Of a stretch of DNA of 64,000 bases, positions 11,901-25,750 are shown piece after piece (position 1 is the stretch's first letter; every line of letters starts with the position of its first letter). The DNA comes from Eledone cirrhosa (Eukaryota). Both the position numbers and the translations under genes were made by a program. Location of the stretch: positions 37,944,001 through 38,008,000 of the forward strand of contig OZ024755.1 in the NCBI GenBank assembly GCA_964016885.1. The letters run 5' to 3'. The notes below the pieces were generated by a model. It was not told the DNA's origin and searched no databases. It worked only from the letters and a program-made list of their open reading frames with translations.

Positions 11901-14900
11901 CTTTTTGTTATGACAACTACAAGACCAGTTTACAGTGTGGGCTGGGGGCTTTTTGTTAGGACAATTACATGACCAGTTTACAGTGTGGGCTGGGGGCTTT
12001 TTGTTATGACAACTACATGACCACTTTACAGTGTGGGCTGGGGGCTTTTTGTTATGACAACTACATGACCACTTTACAGTGTGGGCTTTGGGCTTTTTGT
12101 TATGACAACTACATGACCAGTTTACAGTGTGGGCTGGGGGCTTTTTGTTAGGACAACTACAAGACCAGTTTACAGTGTGGGCTGGGGGCGTTTTGTTATG
12201 ACAACTACATGACCACTTTACAGTGTGGGCTGGGGGCTTTTTGTTATGACAACTACAAGACCAGTTTACAGTGTGGGCTGGGGGCTTTTTGTTAGGACAA
12301 TTACATGACCAGTTTACAGTGTGGGCTGGGGGCTTTTTGTTATGACAACTACATGACCACTTTACAGTGTGGGCTGGGGGCTTTTTGTTATGACAACTAC
12401 ATGACCAGTTTACAGTGTGGGCTGGGGGCTTTTTGTTAGGACAACTACAAGACCAGTTTACAGTGTGGGCTGGGGGCGTTTTGTTATGACAACTACATGA
12501 CCACTTTACAGTGTGGGCTGGGGGCTTTTTGTTATGACAACTACAAGACCAGTTTACAGTGTGGGCTGGGGGCTTTTTGTTAGGACAATTACATGACCAG
12601 TTTACAGTGTGGGCTGGGGGCTTTTTGTTATGACAACTACATGACCACTTTACAGTGTGGGCTGGGGGCTTTTTGTTATGACAACTACATGACCACTTTA
12701 CAGTGTGGGCTGGGGGCTTTTTGTTATGACAACTACAAGACCAGTTTACAGTGTGGGCTGGGGGCTTTTTGTTATGACAACTACATGACCACTTTACAGT
12801 GTGGGCTGGGGGCTTTTTGTTATGACAACTACATGACCACTTTACAGTGTGGGCTGGGGGCTTTTTGTTATGACAACTACAAGACCAGTTTACAGTGTGG
12901 GCTGGGGGCTTTTTGTTATGACAACTACATGACCACTTTACAGTGTGGGCTGGGGGCTTTTTGTTATGACAACTACAAGACCAGTTTACAGTGTGGGCTG
13001 GGGGCTTTTTGTTATGACAACTACATGACCACTTTACAGTGTGGGCTGGGGGCTTTTTGTTATGACAACTACAAGACCAGTTTACAGTGTGGGCTGGGGG
13101 CTTTTTGTTATGACAACTACATGACCACTTTACAGTGTGGGCTTTGGGCTTTTTGTTATGACAACTACACGACCACTTTACAGTGTGGGCTGGGGGCTTT
13201 TTGTTAGGACAACTACATGACCACTTTACAGTGTGGGCTGGGGGCTTTTTGTTATGACAACTACATGACCACTTTACAGTGTGGGCTGGGGGCTTTTTGT
13301 TATGACAACTACAAGACCAGTTTACAGTGTGGGCTGGGGGCTTTTTGTTATGACAACTACATGACCACTTTACAGTGTGGGCTGGGGGCTTTTTGTTATG
13401 ACAACTACATGACCACTTTACAGTGTGGGCTGGGGGCTTTTTGTTATGACAACTACAAGACCAGTTTACAGTGTGGGCTGGGGGCTTTTTGTTATGACAA
13501 CTACAAGACCAGTTTACAGTGTGGGCTTTGGGCTTTTTGTTATGACAACTACACGACCACTTTACAGTGTGGGCTGGGGGCTTTTTGTTAGGACAACTAC
13601 ATGACCACTTTACAGTGTGGGCTGGGGGCTTTTTGTTATGACAACTACATGACCACTTTACAGTGTGGGCTGGGGGCTTTTTGTTATGACAACTACAAGA
13701 CCAGTTTACAGTGTGGGCTGGGGGCTTTTTGTTATGACAACTACATGACCACTTTACAGTGTGGGCTGGGGGCTTTTTGTTATGACAACTACATGACCAC
13801 TTTACAGTGTGGGCTGGGGGCTTTTTGTTATGACAACTACAAGACCAGTTTACAGTGTGGGCTGGGGGCTTTTTGTTATGACAACTACAAGACCAGTTTA
13901 CAGTGTGGGCTTTGGGCTTTTTGTTATGACAACTACACGACCACTTTACAGTGTGGGCTGGGGGCTTTTTGTTAGGACAACTACATGACCAGTTTACAGT
14001 GTGGGCTGGGGGCTTTTTGTTATGACAACTACACGACCACTTTACAGTGTGGGCTGGGGGCTTTTTGTTAGGACAATTACAAGACCAGTTTACAGTGTGG
14101 GCTGGGGGCTTTTTGTTAGGACAACTACACGACCACTTTACAGTGTGGGCTGGGGGCTTTTTGTTATGACAACTACACGACCACTTTACAGTGTGGGCTG
14201 GGGGCTTTTTGTTAGGACAACTACATGACCAGTTTACAGTGTGGGCTTTGGGCTTTTTGTTATGACAACTACACGACCACTTTACAGTGTGGGCTGGGGG
14301 CTTTTTGTTAGGACAACTACATGACCAGTTTACAGTGTGGGCTGGGGGCTTTTTGTTATGACAACTACACGACCACTTTACAGTGTGGGCTGGGGGCTTT
14401 TTGTTAGGACAATTACAAGACCAGTTTACAGTGTGGGCTGGGGGCTTTTTGTTAGGACAACTACAAGACCAGTTTACAGTGTGGGCTGGGGGCGTTTTGT
14501 TATGACAACTACAAGACCACTTTACAGTGTGGGCTTTGGGCTTTTTGTTATGACAACTACACGACCAGTTTACAGTGTGGGCTTTGGGCTTTTTGTTATG
14601 ACAACTACATGACCAGTTTACAGTGTGGGCTGGGGGCTTTTTGTTATGACAACTACATGACCAGTTTACAGTGTGGGCTGGGGGCTTTTTGTTATGACAA
14701 TTACAAGACCAGTTTACAGTGTGGGCTGGGGGCTTTTTGTTAGGACAACTACAAGACCAGTTTACAGTGTGGGCTGGGGGCGTTTTGTTATGACAACTAC
14801 AAGACCACTTTACAGTGTGGGCTTTGGGCTTTTTGTTATGACAACTACACGACCAGTTTACAGTGTGGGCTTTGGGCTTTTTGTTATGACAACTACATGA

Positions 14901-16666
14901 CCAGTTTACAGTGTGGGCTGGGGGCTTTTTGTTAGGACAACTACAAGACCAGTTTACAGTGTGGGCTGGGGGCGTTTTGTTATGACAACTACATGACCAG
15001 TTTACAGTGTGGGCTGGGGGCTTTTTGTTATGACAACTACACGACCACTTTACAGTGTGGGCTTTGGGCTTTTTGTTATGACAACTACATGACCAGTTTA
15101 CAGTGTGGGCTGGGGGCTTTTTGTTATGACAACTACACGACCACTTTACAGTGTGTGCTGGGGGCTTTTTGTTATGACAACTACACGACCACTTTACAGT
15201 GTGGGCTGGGGGCTTTTTGTTAGGACAACTACAAGACCAGTTTACAGTGTGGGCTGGGGGCTTTTTGTTATGACAACTACAAGACCACTTTACAGTGTGG
15301 GCTTTGGGCTTTTTGTTATGACAACTACACGACCAGTTTACAGTGTGGGCTTTGGGCTTTTTGTTATGACAACTACATGACCAGTTTACAGTGTGGGCTG
15401 GGGGCTTTTTGTTATGACAATTACAAGACCAGTTTACAGTGTGGGCTGGGGGCTTTTTGTTATGACAACTACAAGACCACTTTACAGTGTGGGCTTTGGG
15501 CTTTTTGTTATGACAACTACACGACCAGTTTACAGTGTGGGCTTTGGGCTTTTTGTTATGACAACTACATGACCAGTTTACAGTGTGGGCTGGGGGCTTT
15601 TTGTTATGACAATTACAAGACCAGTTTACAGTGTGGGCTGGGGGCTTTTTGTTATGACAACTACAAGACCACTTTACAGTGTGGGCTGGGGGCTTTTTGT
15701 TATGACAACTACACGACCAGTTTACAGTGTGGGCTTTGGGCTTTTTGTTATGACAACTACATGACCAGTTTACAGTGTGGGCTGGGGGCTTTTTGTTATG
15801 ACAACTACATGACCAGTTTACAGTGTGGGCTTTGGGCTTTTTGTTATGACAACTACACGACCAGTTTACAGTGTGGGCTTTGGGCTTTTTGTTATGACAA
15901 CTACAAGACCAGTTTACAGTGTGGGCTGGGGGCTTTTTGTTATGACAACTACACGACCAGTTTACAGTGTGGGCTTTGGGCTTTTTGTTATGACAACTAC
16001 AAGACCAGTTTACAGTGTGGGCTGGGGGCTTTTTGTTATGACAACTACATGACCAGTTTACAGTGTGGGCTTTGGGCTTTTTGTTATGACAACTACACGA
16101 CCAGTTTACAGTGTGGGCTTTGGGCTTTTTGTTATGACAACTACACGACCAGTTTACAGTGTGGGCTGGGGGCGTTTTGTTATGACAACTACATGACCAC
16201 TTTACAGTGTGGGCTTTGGGCTTTTTGTTATGACAACTACATGACCAGTTTACAGTGTGGGCTGGGGGCTTTTTGTTATGACAACTACATGACCACTTTA
16301 CAGTGTGGGCTTTGGGCTTTTTGTTATGACAACTACATGACCAGTTTACAGTGTGGGCTGGGGGCTTTTTGTTATGACAACTACAAGACCAGTTTACAGT
16401 GTGGGCTGGGGGCTTTTTGTTATGACAATTACAAGACCAGTTTACAGTGTGGGCTGGGGGCTTTTTGTTATGACAACTACACGACCAGTTTACAGTGTGG
16501 GCTGGGGGCTTTTTGTTATGACAACTACACGACCAGTTTACAGTGTGGGCTGGGGGCTTTTTGTTATGACAACTACAAGACCAGTTTACAGTGTGGGCTG
16601 GGGGCTTTTTGTTATGACAACTACAAGACCAGTTTACAGTGTGGGCTGGGGGCTTTTTGTTATGAC
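8903..16666. repeat. 48-bp minisatellite, ~160 copies, expanded inside an RTE-tail element
   Basis: Unit GACCA(C/G)TTTACAGTGTGGGCT(GG/TT)GGGCTTTTTGTTA(T/G)GACAACTACA(T/C/A); left flank 8780-8903 is the family C element. Confidence 0.98.
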
Positions 16667-16839
16667 ACTATTTTATAGTGTAATGATAGTGTGATTAGAT
16701 GTGGGTGGGGTGTTAGGGCGGGGGAGGTGTATGGAAGGGAAGATAGTGGTTAAGAGGCCCATACTAGATGTATGCCTTAGTATGCACATGGGAAGGCAGG
16801 TCTTCTGTATTACTGTATAATGTCAACAATCTCTTATGT

Positions 16840-17280
16840 GATTGTCTTTGAGAGGTGCAACGTCAGCTTTTATCAACTCTTCCCAGGTCTTCCTACTCCA
16901 TAGCTTTCGTCAACTTTAAGCACCCTCAACCTTTTTATACAGTTGTCATCCTTCATTCGCATCACATGACCATACTAACGCAATCTTGCACACTGTATCT
17001 GATCCTTCTTATGCCTAGTTTCTCTCTCAGTTCATTTAGTCTTTACCATTTCTATATATTACTATTACACATCCACCGGAGCATGCATGCTTCCTTTCTT
17101 TCCATACTTTTCAGGTCCTCTGCATACAGTGCCCAGGTCTCACTACCATGCAGCATTGCTATTCGTATATTTGTATCGTACAATCTGCCCTTCATTTTAA
17201 GGGAAAAGCCTTTTGTAGCTAGCAGCGGTAGTAGCTCCTTGAAATTTCTCCAACCCATTCTTACTCTGGCTATTGTATAC
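16840..17280 (-). mobile_element. RTE LINE ORF2 3' fragment, decayed
   Basis: ARVRMGWRNFKELLPLL...KGRLY...MLHGSETWA...MLRWM, typical of the RTE RT C-terminal region. Confidence 0.85.
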
Positions 17281-17354
17281 ATCTTACTCTGGTTACTATT
17301 ATATCATCTAGAGATGATATAATAATATATCCAATACCAAATAATACATATATT

Positions 17355-17540
17355 GGATTGGCAGTATCGGTAGAGGGTCGGACACGATGCTTTGACGTAT
17401 AGAGTTACGACCCTTGCCATTCTGAGTTCAAATCCCGCCGAAGTTAACTTTGCCTTTCATCCTTACGGGGTCGATAAAATAAAGTACCAGTAATGCACTG
17501 GGTAATTGCTGGCCTTGTCCCAAAAGTAGAAATAATTATA
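17355..17540 (+). mobile_element. tRNA-derived SINE family B
   Basis: TGGCAGTATCGG A-box-like motif, GAGTTCAAATCC B box, GCCTTTCATCCTTACGGGGTCGATAAAATAAAGTACC core; further copies at 18283, 22107, 26281, 28584, 36785, 38519, 41678. Confidence 0.88.
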
Positions 17541-17612
17541 TATAAATATAGTAAATTAAAAAATATAATATATTTATTTATACATGGTATACATTATCAT
17601 CATTCATCATCA

Positions 17613-17906
17613 TCATTTCATTTTATGTCCGCTTTTCCCTGCTTGCAAGGGTGGGACGGGAACTGATTCTGGCTTGATTTCTACAGCTGGATGCCCTTCC
17701 TAACACCAACCTCATTTACAGTGAGTGCTGGGTGCTTTTTTGCTGTGGCACCTCCACGACCACTTTACAGTGGAATGATATGGACCCCAGTCCCTATCAT
17801 CTCATTTCTACAGCTGAGTAAACTGGAGCAATGTGAAAAAGAGTGTCCTGCTGAAGGAAACAACACATCACCCGCCAATGCTCTAACCACTAAGCCATGT
17901 GCCTCC
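17613..17906 (-). mobile_element. SINE family A copy with an internal deletion removing the B box
   Basis: Matches family A, but CACATCACCC joins directly to GCCAATGCTC. Confidence 0.85.
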
Positions 17907-18150
17907 TTATATATTATATTATATTATATATTATATTATATATTATATATAAATTAACGATTTTATTTATTATATAATATTTACAATTTGTGTGTAGGTA
18001 GATCTCACTAGAATTAGTGGAGTGGCTGCTGAGGATATTACATGGCCGTGGGGGGGGGGGGGGGGTTCGATGGCCTCTAAAAGTTAGAGAACTTCTGTGT
18101 TAAAGTAATTCACTGTTTTTTTTAACTCTTCTCATTTATTTCTATTTCAG

Positions 18151-18203
18151 AAGTTTATTATCTAATGGAGGTTTATACAAAACCAATGACCGAATGAATT
18201 TTG
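18151..18203 (+). CDS. Candidate internal exon (53 nt, phase 2-1): SLLSNGGLYKTNDRMNF
   Basis: Pyrimidine tract and TTTCAG acceptor, GTAATG donor, open frame that splices in phase to exon 24160. Confidence 0.6.
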
Positions 18204-19611
18204 GTAATGTATTTTTTTTTTTTTTCAATAATTAAAACAAATTTTTAAATATATTCTCCAATCATTATATAAAAGAGGTATAGGGCAGCGGATTTGTAGT
18301 ATCGGTGGAGCGTCAGACAACATGCTTCGCGGCATAGTTATGGGCATTCCTGTTCTGTGTTTAAGTCCTGCTGAGGTTAACTTTGCCTTTCAACCTTACG
18401 GGGCCGATAAAATAAAGTACCAGTAATGTACTGGGGTCAATTTAATCGACTTTCCCCTCCCCCAAAATTGCTGGCCTGGTGCCTATATAAGAAACCATTA
18501 TATAGAAGATGTAAGCATGTGTGAATAAGGTGGAGATAGAAAAAAAAAAATTTTTGAAATTAGAATTAGAAGCTTTCACCGTATATTGACTATTGAAAAT
18601 AGTCTAATATTAGGGCAAATGAACCCCCATAATGGAAGATTCTTCTATGGGGGTTCATATGCTGTAATATTAGACTATTTTCTGTAGCCAGTGATAGATT
18701 CTAAATTTATCTTCAATATAGATTTAATGTTTAACTCAAATCTAATTTTCATTTGCAATGTCACTGGATTGAGTTCTTTGGCACCATGTAGTTGTATAGA
18801 AGACCAGCCTTCCCTTGCAGTCAGTGGGCACCTCTTAACCCAATATACACCCCACACACCCTACCCCATCCTCCCATTTCCGTCCACTGTGTTGGTGACA
18901 CAACAAAAAGGCTCCCAGTCCACACTGTAATGGTGTTAGGAAGGGCATCCAGCCAGAGAAAACCTGCCAGAGACACTTCCGTACGAGCGAGACACGGTCT
19001 CCCAACCAATTCCACATCAAATGGAACAAAACCATCTAACCCATGCTAGCGTAGAAGATGGACGTTCAACTTTGATGATGATGATGTTGATCTAATTGAA
19101 GGTAAGCGCGCGTCTCGGACAGGCCCGGTTGACAGCACTTCCATGCCTCTAGAGTTTATCCCAAACTGGCAAAGCTCCTCGGTAGCACTGCCAGGCCAGG
19201 GATTTAATTGACATAGGTGCAGGCATGAAAATGTTACTAAGAAGTTTGTTTCACAATCACGTGTACCCAAGTTTGATTCTAGAAGTGTAGTAAGTGTTTT
19301 AAGGGCAATTATTATCTTGATAAAGCAAGGGTATACGTGCCTGTGGAATGCTCAGCCACCTGCACAGTAATTTTACAAGCAGGCTGTTGTGTTGATTGTA
19401 TCAACGAGAACACTTGCTGTCATAACCAACGGAATGCCAGTTTATATAGGTACACACACATTCAAAAAAGTATTCAATACATGTAGAGTTTATTTATTCG
19501 ATGAAAATGATCTGGAATGATCATATTTGCTGTTAGGCTTCTGGAAGAGTTGAAGCAGGAACTTTGCAATCTTTTAAAGCTATCATTATTTAATACATAT
19601 ATACATATATA

Positions 19612-19949
19612 TCATCATCATTTCATTTTACGTCTGCTTTTTCCCTGCTTGCAAGGGTGGGACGGGAACTGATTCTGGCTTTATTTCTACAGCTGGATGC
19701 CCTTCCTAACACCAACCTCATTTACAGTGAGTGCTGGGTGCTTTTTTGCCGTGGCACCTCCACGACCACTTTGCAATGGAATGATAGGGACCCCAGTCCC
19801 TATCATCTCATTTTTACAGCTGAGTAAACTGGAGCAATGTGAAATAAAGTGTCTTGCTCAAGGAAACAACACATCACCTGGTCTGAGAATTGAACTCACA
19901 ACCTTTCGATTGCAAGGCCAATGCTCTAACCACTAAGCCATGTGCCTCC
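19612..19949 (-). mobile_element. SINE family A copy
   Basis: Near-identical to 3228-3570. Confidence 0.9.
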
Positions 19950-20168
19950 ATATATATATATATATATAAAATAGGTTGACGGACCCAGCATATGTATTAA
20001 TGCTATGACCGGTTGCATCTCAGCGTACTCAATAGGTAATGTAAAATACCCTCCCAGAGTATACACATAGTTATTCGCTTCAATACAAGACACGTAAACG
20101 GGTACCTATAGCAGTTCCATATATATATATATATATATATTACAATTTGTTATAAAAATATATAGATA

Positions 20169-21053
20169 TGGTTTCTGATTTAGGCATAAGGCCACCAATT
20201 TTGGGGGAAGGGAAAGTCGATTAAATCAACACCAGTGTGTTACTGGTACTCTATTATATAGGCGCCATAAGGATGAAAAGAAAAGCTAACCTTGGTGGGA
20301 TTTGAAATCAGAAATCTCAACCGATGCTGCTAATTTACCACCCTGTAGATTTCATACTTGACGACCTAATATATAATGGTTTCTGACTTAGGCACAAGGC
20401 CAGCAATTTAAGGGCAGGGGAAAGTCGATTATCGACCCCGTAAGGACGAAAGGCAAAGCTAACCTCGGCGGGATTTGAACTCAGAACGTAAAGTGTCGTA
20501 ACTATATGCCGCAAAGCACGCTGTCCTACGCTCTACCAAACTACCAATCCACCACCTCTGTAGATATTTATGACAGTAGCTACAGATAAGCTCATTTTTT
20601 AGAACAAGGGGGAAGTAATTCTTACATATCACTGGAGTATGTTATGGTTCTTGAATAGTTACCGTAGCTTTCATAAGATGACTGATAACGTTATAATTTC
20701 CTCTTTGAGGAGAATGCAGCCTATTTACAGAGGATAGGAAGCGGTTTGTGCGATGTTTATACAATTGCCAATGGCATTAGCAGCATGAGGGAATTAATTT
20801 AAGTTAATAACACATTTTATTTCCTATTTCTTAATATTTAGCAATCAAACTATGCAAGTAAATTTATATAATTAATTGTTTCTACTTTTGGCACAAGGCT
20901 AGCAATTATCCCAGTGTATTACTAGTACTTTATTTTATCGACCCCATAAGGATGAAAGGCAAAGTTAACCTCGGCGGGATTTGAACTCAGAATTGCAAGG
21001 GCCGTAACTCTATGTGTTAAAGCATGGCGTCCGACCCTCTACCGATACTGCCA
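20169..21053 (-). mobile_element. Three SINE family B copies (20169-20345, 20377-20557, 20875-21053)
   Basis: Each has GGCACAAGGCCAGCAATT...GGATGAAAGGCAAAG(C/T)TAACCTCGGCGGGATTTGAAC or a close variant. Confidence 0.85.
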
Positions 21054-21214
21054 TACAAATAGAAATTAATAAGGAAAACAATCAAAAGAAGGAATCATTA
21101 TCATCGTTTAACGTCTATCTTCCACGCTAGCATGAGTTAGACGGGAATTGTCCCACTTGAGGCAAGATTGGTCGGGTGACCGTGTCTCGCTCGTATAGGA
21201 CTATCCAAGCGAAT

Positions 21215-21812
21215 ACCCTCTATCAGGCATCTACCATACTCTGAGCATGGATACATTGAAGCTCTGACGCCTGGCAACTGACTTGGTAAACGCCCACAAA
21301 ATTGTTAACCATCTTGCCAACAGCAACCCTGAGTACCTTTTTGATTTCCATGTGTCTAACACACGTGGACATGCCCACAAAGTCAGAAAACAGCACAGTT
21401 CCCATGTCTTTCGGAAACATTTTTTCACGCTCAGAGTTGCTGAAGCATGGAACAAACTACCTGCATCAGTTGATAGCTGTCAGGACACTGCATCCTTTAA
21501 AACCTCCATGGAACAAACTACCTGCATCGATTGTTAACTGTCGAGACACTGCATCCTTTAAGGCCTCCATGGAACAAACTACCTGCATCAGTTGATAGCT
21601 GTCGAGATACTGCATCCTTTAAGGCCTCCATGCTTCCCGAGATCCGCCAACACTACAGCTAATGTTCCACCTCCATACACATACACACATGTATTCCATG
21701 ACTCATACACTATTCATTTCCCTGAAATTTGTGTATTATTCTATGTACTATACATACACCTTTGACGAGTTGTAGTGCACCTGAGCACTTTACACAATAA
21801 TTTCATTATTAT
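21215..21812 (+). mobile_element. CR1/L2-group LINE 3' end with an internal ~62-bp triplication
   Basis: NTRGHAHKVRKQ...RKHFFTLRVAEAWNKLP motif and an (ATT)n tail; splits a family C element (21100-21210 / 21820-22010); another copy at 55040-55247 on the minus strand. Confidence 0.85.
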
Positions 21813-22393
21813 AATTTTATTTGGCAGGTTTTCTACGGACGTCTTTCCTAACACCAACCACATTTACAGTGTGGATTGGGAGGTTTTTACTGTGTTATCT
21901 ACACGGCCACATTACAGCATGGACTGTGTGTTTTTTTTTTGTCGTGACACCTACACGCCCTCATTAGTTTGGACTGGATGTTCTGTGGTACCAACATAAC
22001 TTTACTCTGAATGTATTTAAAAAAAAACCCAACTGATATGTTGGCTCAATATTTCTTCTTTCATTTTATTTCTTCATTTCCTTATTGCTTGATATAAAGA
22101 TGTAAATTATTGTTTCTACTTTTCGCACAAGGCCAGCAATTACTTAGTACATTACTGGTACTATATTTTATCGACTCTGTAAGGATGAAAGGCAAAGTTA
22201 ACCTCGACAGGATTTGAACTCAGACCGTAAAGGGACGTAACTGTGCTAGAATTAGTTTTACATTTTGCTTTTACACAAACGCTAATAGCTAAATATTAAA
22301 ATAATTTAAAAATATATTTTATTAAATTCATTCCCTCCATAAGGCATCTACCATACTCTGAACACCTTGCTTCTCTGGGCATGGATACATTAA

Positions 22394-23361
22394 CCCTTTA
22401 CCATTTATATTACTCTATATATACTATTATATTTTCACAGTAAAGGCTTTACCTCACATAATATATCATATAACATTTACATTACTCTATATTTACTATC
22501 GTATTTTCATGGTAAAGGCTTTACCTCTCATAATATATCACATAACATTTACATTACTCTATATATGCTATTGTATATTCACAGTAAAGGCTTTACCTCA
22601 CATAATATCTCACATAACATTTACATTACTCTATATATACTATTATATTTTCACAGTAAAGTCTTTACCTCACATAATATCTCACATAACATGTACATTA
22701 CTCTATATATACTATTGTATTTTCACAGTAAAGTCTTTACTTCACAGAATATCTCACATAACATTTACATTACTCTCTATATACTCTTCCAAATCCATGC
22801 TAGCGTGGAAGATGGACGTTAAACGATGATGATGGTGATACTTTTATATTTTCATGGTAAAGGCTTTACCTCACATAATATCTCACATAACATTTACATT
22901 ACTCTATATATACTATTATATTTTCACAGTAAAGTCTTTACCTCACATAATATCTCACATAACATGTACATTACTCTATATATACTATTGTATTTTCACA
23001 GTAAAGTCTTTACTTCACAGAATATCTCACATAACATTTACATTACTCTCTATATACTCTTCCAAATCCATGCTAGCGTGGAAGATGGACGTTAAACGAT
23101 GATGATGGTGATACTTTTATATTTTCATGGTAAAGGCTTTACCTCACATAATATCTCTCATAACATTTACATTACTCTATATATACTATTATATTTTCAC
23201 GGTAAAGGCTTTACCTCACATAATATAGAATCTGAGATTTTGATATTATTTATTTTGAGAAAAATACCTTAACATCAGTATGAATGGCTAGTTACAGCTA
23301 CTTTCAACAGAAAGGGGTGAGAGGATTCTGGCTGGAATTGGCTGGTTTAAATGCTAATGGG
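22394..23361. mobile_element. piggyBac-type MITE with an internal 66-bp tandem expansion
   Basis: TTAA-CCCTTTACCATTT ... AAATGCTAATGGG-TTAA. Confidence 0.85.
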
Positions 23362-24159
23362 TTAAAGCTCTGACACCTGGCAACTGACTTTTTAGGCACC
23401 CACAAAATTATTAGCCCACAGCACCCTTTTGAATACCATGTGATTAACATGGAATGCTTACAAAATCAGAAAACAGTACAGCTCCCATGAATGTAAGAGA
23501 GACACAGAGAATTGATTCCAATATTTGGTGGTAGGGTGTGCTGTGAGGAAGATTTAGCTGCTAATTAATTTTAGGCCAAGCTACCATTTAAAGGCTCCCT
23601 TATCGGTTTAATAATGTTTGCTTCAGTCTGTGTCACTGACAGTATTTTCAATGTCCACTTCACATATGTTGACATGATTGACTAAACCCCTTCAAAGCAC
23701 TGCCCCAGTATTGCCACAGTCTAATGACTGAAACTATTGAGGGATTAGTATCCAGCTGTAAAAAATATTGCTTCAACAATTATATTTAAAAAAGAGTTAC
23801 GGTTTGCCTCGAACCCTGAAGCTGATCAGGATGGAATTTATCCTGGTTCCATTGGCATGACAGAGTACAACATAGAATGCTAGTCCATTGCAGGGCTAAC
23901 CCCTACCTGACGATGCTGATATGTATTTTTAGCCAAATTGACTGGAGCAACATGAACTGAAGTGTTTTACTCTAGAACACAACACACCACATGACTCAAT
24001 CTAGGAATCAATCCCATGACTTTAGGAGTAAGCTCAATACTCCCAATCATACCAAAAATTATATTTTTTCTTTTAAATTTCCTGTAAATTAAAACATGAT
24101 AAATTACTGTAGGCCATATATTAACAGTTAACATTCTGTGTCTCCCTCTTTTCCATTAG

Positions 24160-24309
24160 ATATTTGTCAGAATACTTTCAGAACGGTACCGTTCACCAGT
24201 GAGAATGATATTTCTCTAAGTCCCAGTGCCAATCCAAACACAACTTCATTCTCTTCAGAACCAGAGACATCAAGACCAGCAATGAAAATCACTGTGGACT
24301 CAAAAAAAG
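24160..24309 (+). CDS. Internal exon (150 nt, phase 1-1), Ser/Thr/Pro-rich: DICQNTFRTVPFTSEND...KITVDSKK
   Basis: CTCCCTCTTTTCCATTAG acceptor, AAG|GTAACA donor, open frame, non-repetitive sequence. Confidence 0.75.
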
Positions 24310-25529
24310 GTAACAACACCTCCTTGTGTCATTTCTCTTCTTTTAATTCTTGTGTGAAAAGATTAGATATTACCATTATAAGTTTAGTTCAGGTCTTCAT
24401 CAGTGAGATGTTATCTCTTATATTCATAGCTACCCTAGTAGGCTTAGGGTGTTCCAGTCATGATCGGTTGTGAGTTCTATTCCCAGACGGAATAGTGTAT
24501 TGTCCCAGTCAGCTTGGGAAAAAGTAGTGCCAAGCTGTATCGATCTTTGCTTTTCCTTTGGACAATATCTGTGTTATTAAGAGAGGAGGCTTGCATGCAT
24601 TGCTGACTGCTGGTCTTCCACAAAACAGCTTGCCCAGGCTTGTGTTTTGGAGAGGTAAACCCATGATCTGTCAGTCGTGCTGCATAACCCATAGCCAATC
24701 ATGACATAAAGGGACCTTTTTTTAAAACAAAAAGAAGGGACTCTGGTGTCAGGTAAGTAAAAATAGCTTGCTTTACTAGTGGATATAGCACACACAGATA
24801 ACACTTGTAATTTGATGTATTTAGTCCTTAGCTTTAACCATTAGAGCTCCTTGTGTCTGAATCTCTTGTACATATTGCTGTGGTGTTTGTCTTGTGTAGA
24901 TGCCACTGTGGTGCAGAAGTTGTATTAACAAGATTTGGTATAACAGTCATATCTTTAGGGGAACATATGTCTGATGTGACCTACTATTCCGATGAACAAC
25001 AAGAAGTATTTTAAGGCCCCTTTCCCTGCTAAAGCAGGGGTTAACCCTGTGGACTGTAACAGGCTTCATATTTATTATGGGGTGCTTATACATAATGTAT
25101 TACATTTCTCCCAATCAACAACAATTTTAAAAAATGAATAAATAAATTTCAGTTTTATAAAGGGTCGTATTTTTATCCTGGTTTATTTCATGCGGACAAA
25201 TAAATATTGAAAAAATCTTTTTAATTTGTTTATAAATTTTGAAATTGAATCTAACCTTGCCTAGGGTGCCAGATAGTATGGCCCTGTGTGTACCAATTCT
25301 AGACTGTTATTATGATATAAAACTGCTTGTTTTAAAGTGACCATAAAAATGTCCTTGATAATTTTATGTAAGTAACTTTTCGTAAGCAATGTTCAAAACA
25401 TCAGCTTAATAATAAAATTAGTTAAGCAATGTTACTAAACTCCTTCAAATTCTTCATTATTTTCCAAAAGTAATCAAATGCATGGAATATGTATTTTGTT
25501 AGAAGTATAACAACAGGTTTAAGGCTTAA

Positions 25530-25750
25530 CTCTTTAGCATTTACATTGTTCTATATATACTATTGTATTTTTGTGATAAAGGCTTTACCTTACATAATCA
25601 TCCCACATAATATCAAATCTATGAGATTTTGACATTATTTATTTTGAGAACAATACCTTAACGTCAGTATGAGCAGCTGGATATGGCCAGTTTAAACAGA
25701 AAGAGGTGAGAGAGCTCTGACCGGATATGGCCGGTTTAAATGCTAAAGGG
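25530..25750. mobile_element. piggyBac-type MITE, unexpanded ~220-bp form
   Basis: TTAA-CTCTTTAGCATTT...AAATGCTAAAGGG-TTAC; another copy at 30462-30633. Confidence 0.8.

Noticed and set aside
8903-16666. CRISPR-like array
   Set aside because: Head-to-tail units without unique spacers, no cas genes, eukaryotic context
8885-16694. Long Cys-rich repeat ORFs (TTLQCGLGAFCYDNY) resembling a repeat protein
   Set aside because: Translation of a retroelement-derived 48-bp minisatellite; frequent in-frame TAG variants; no splice signals
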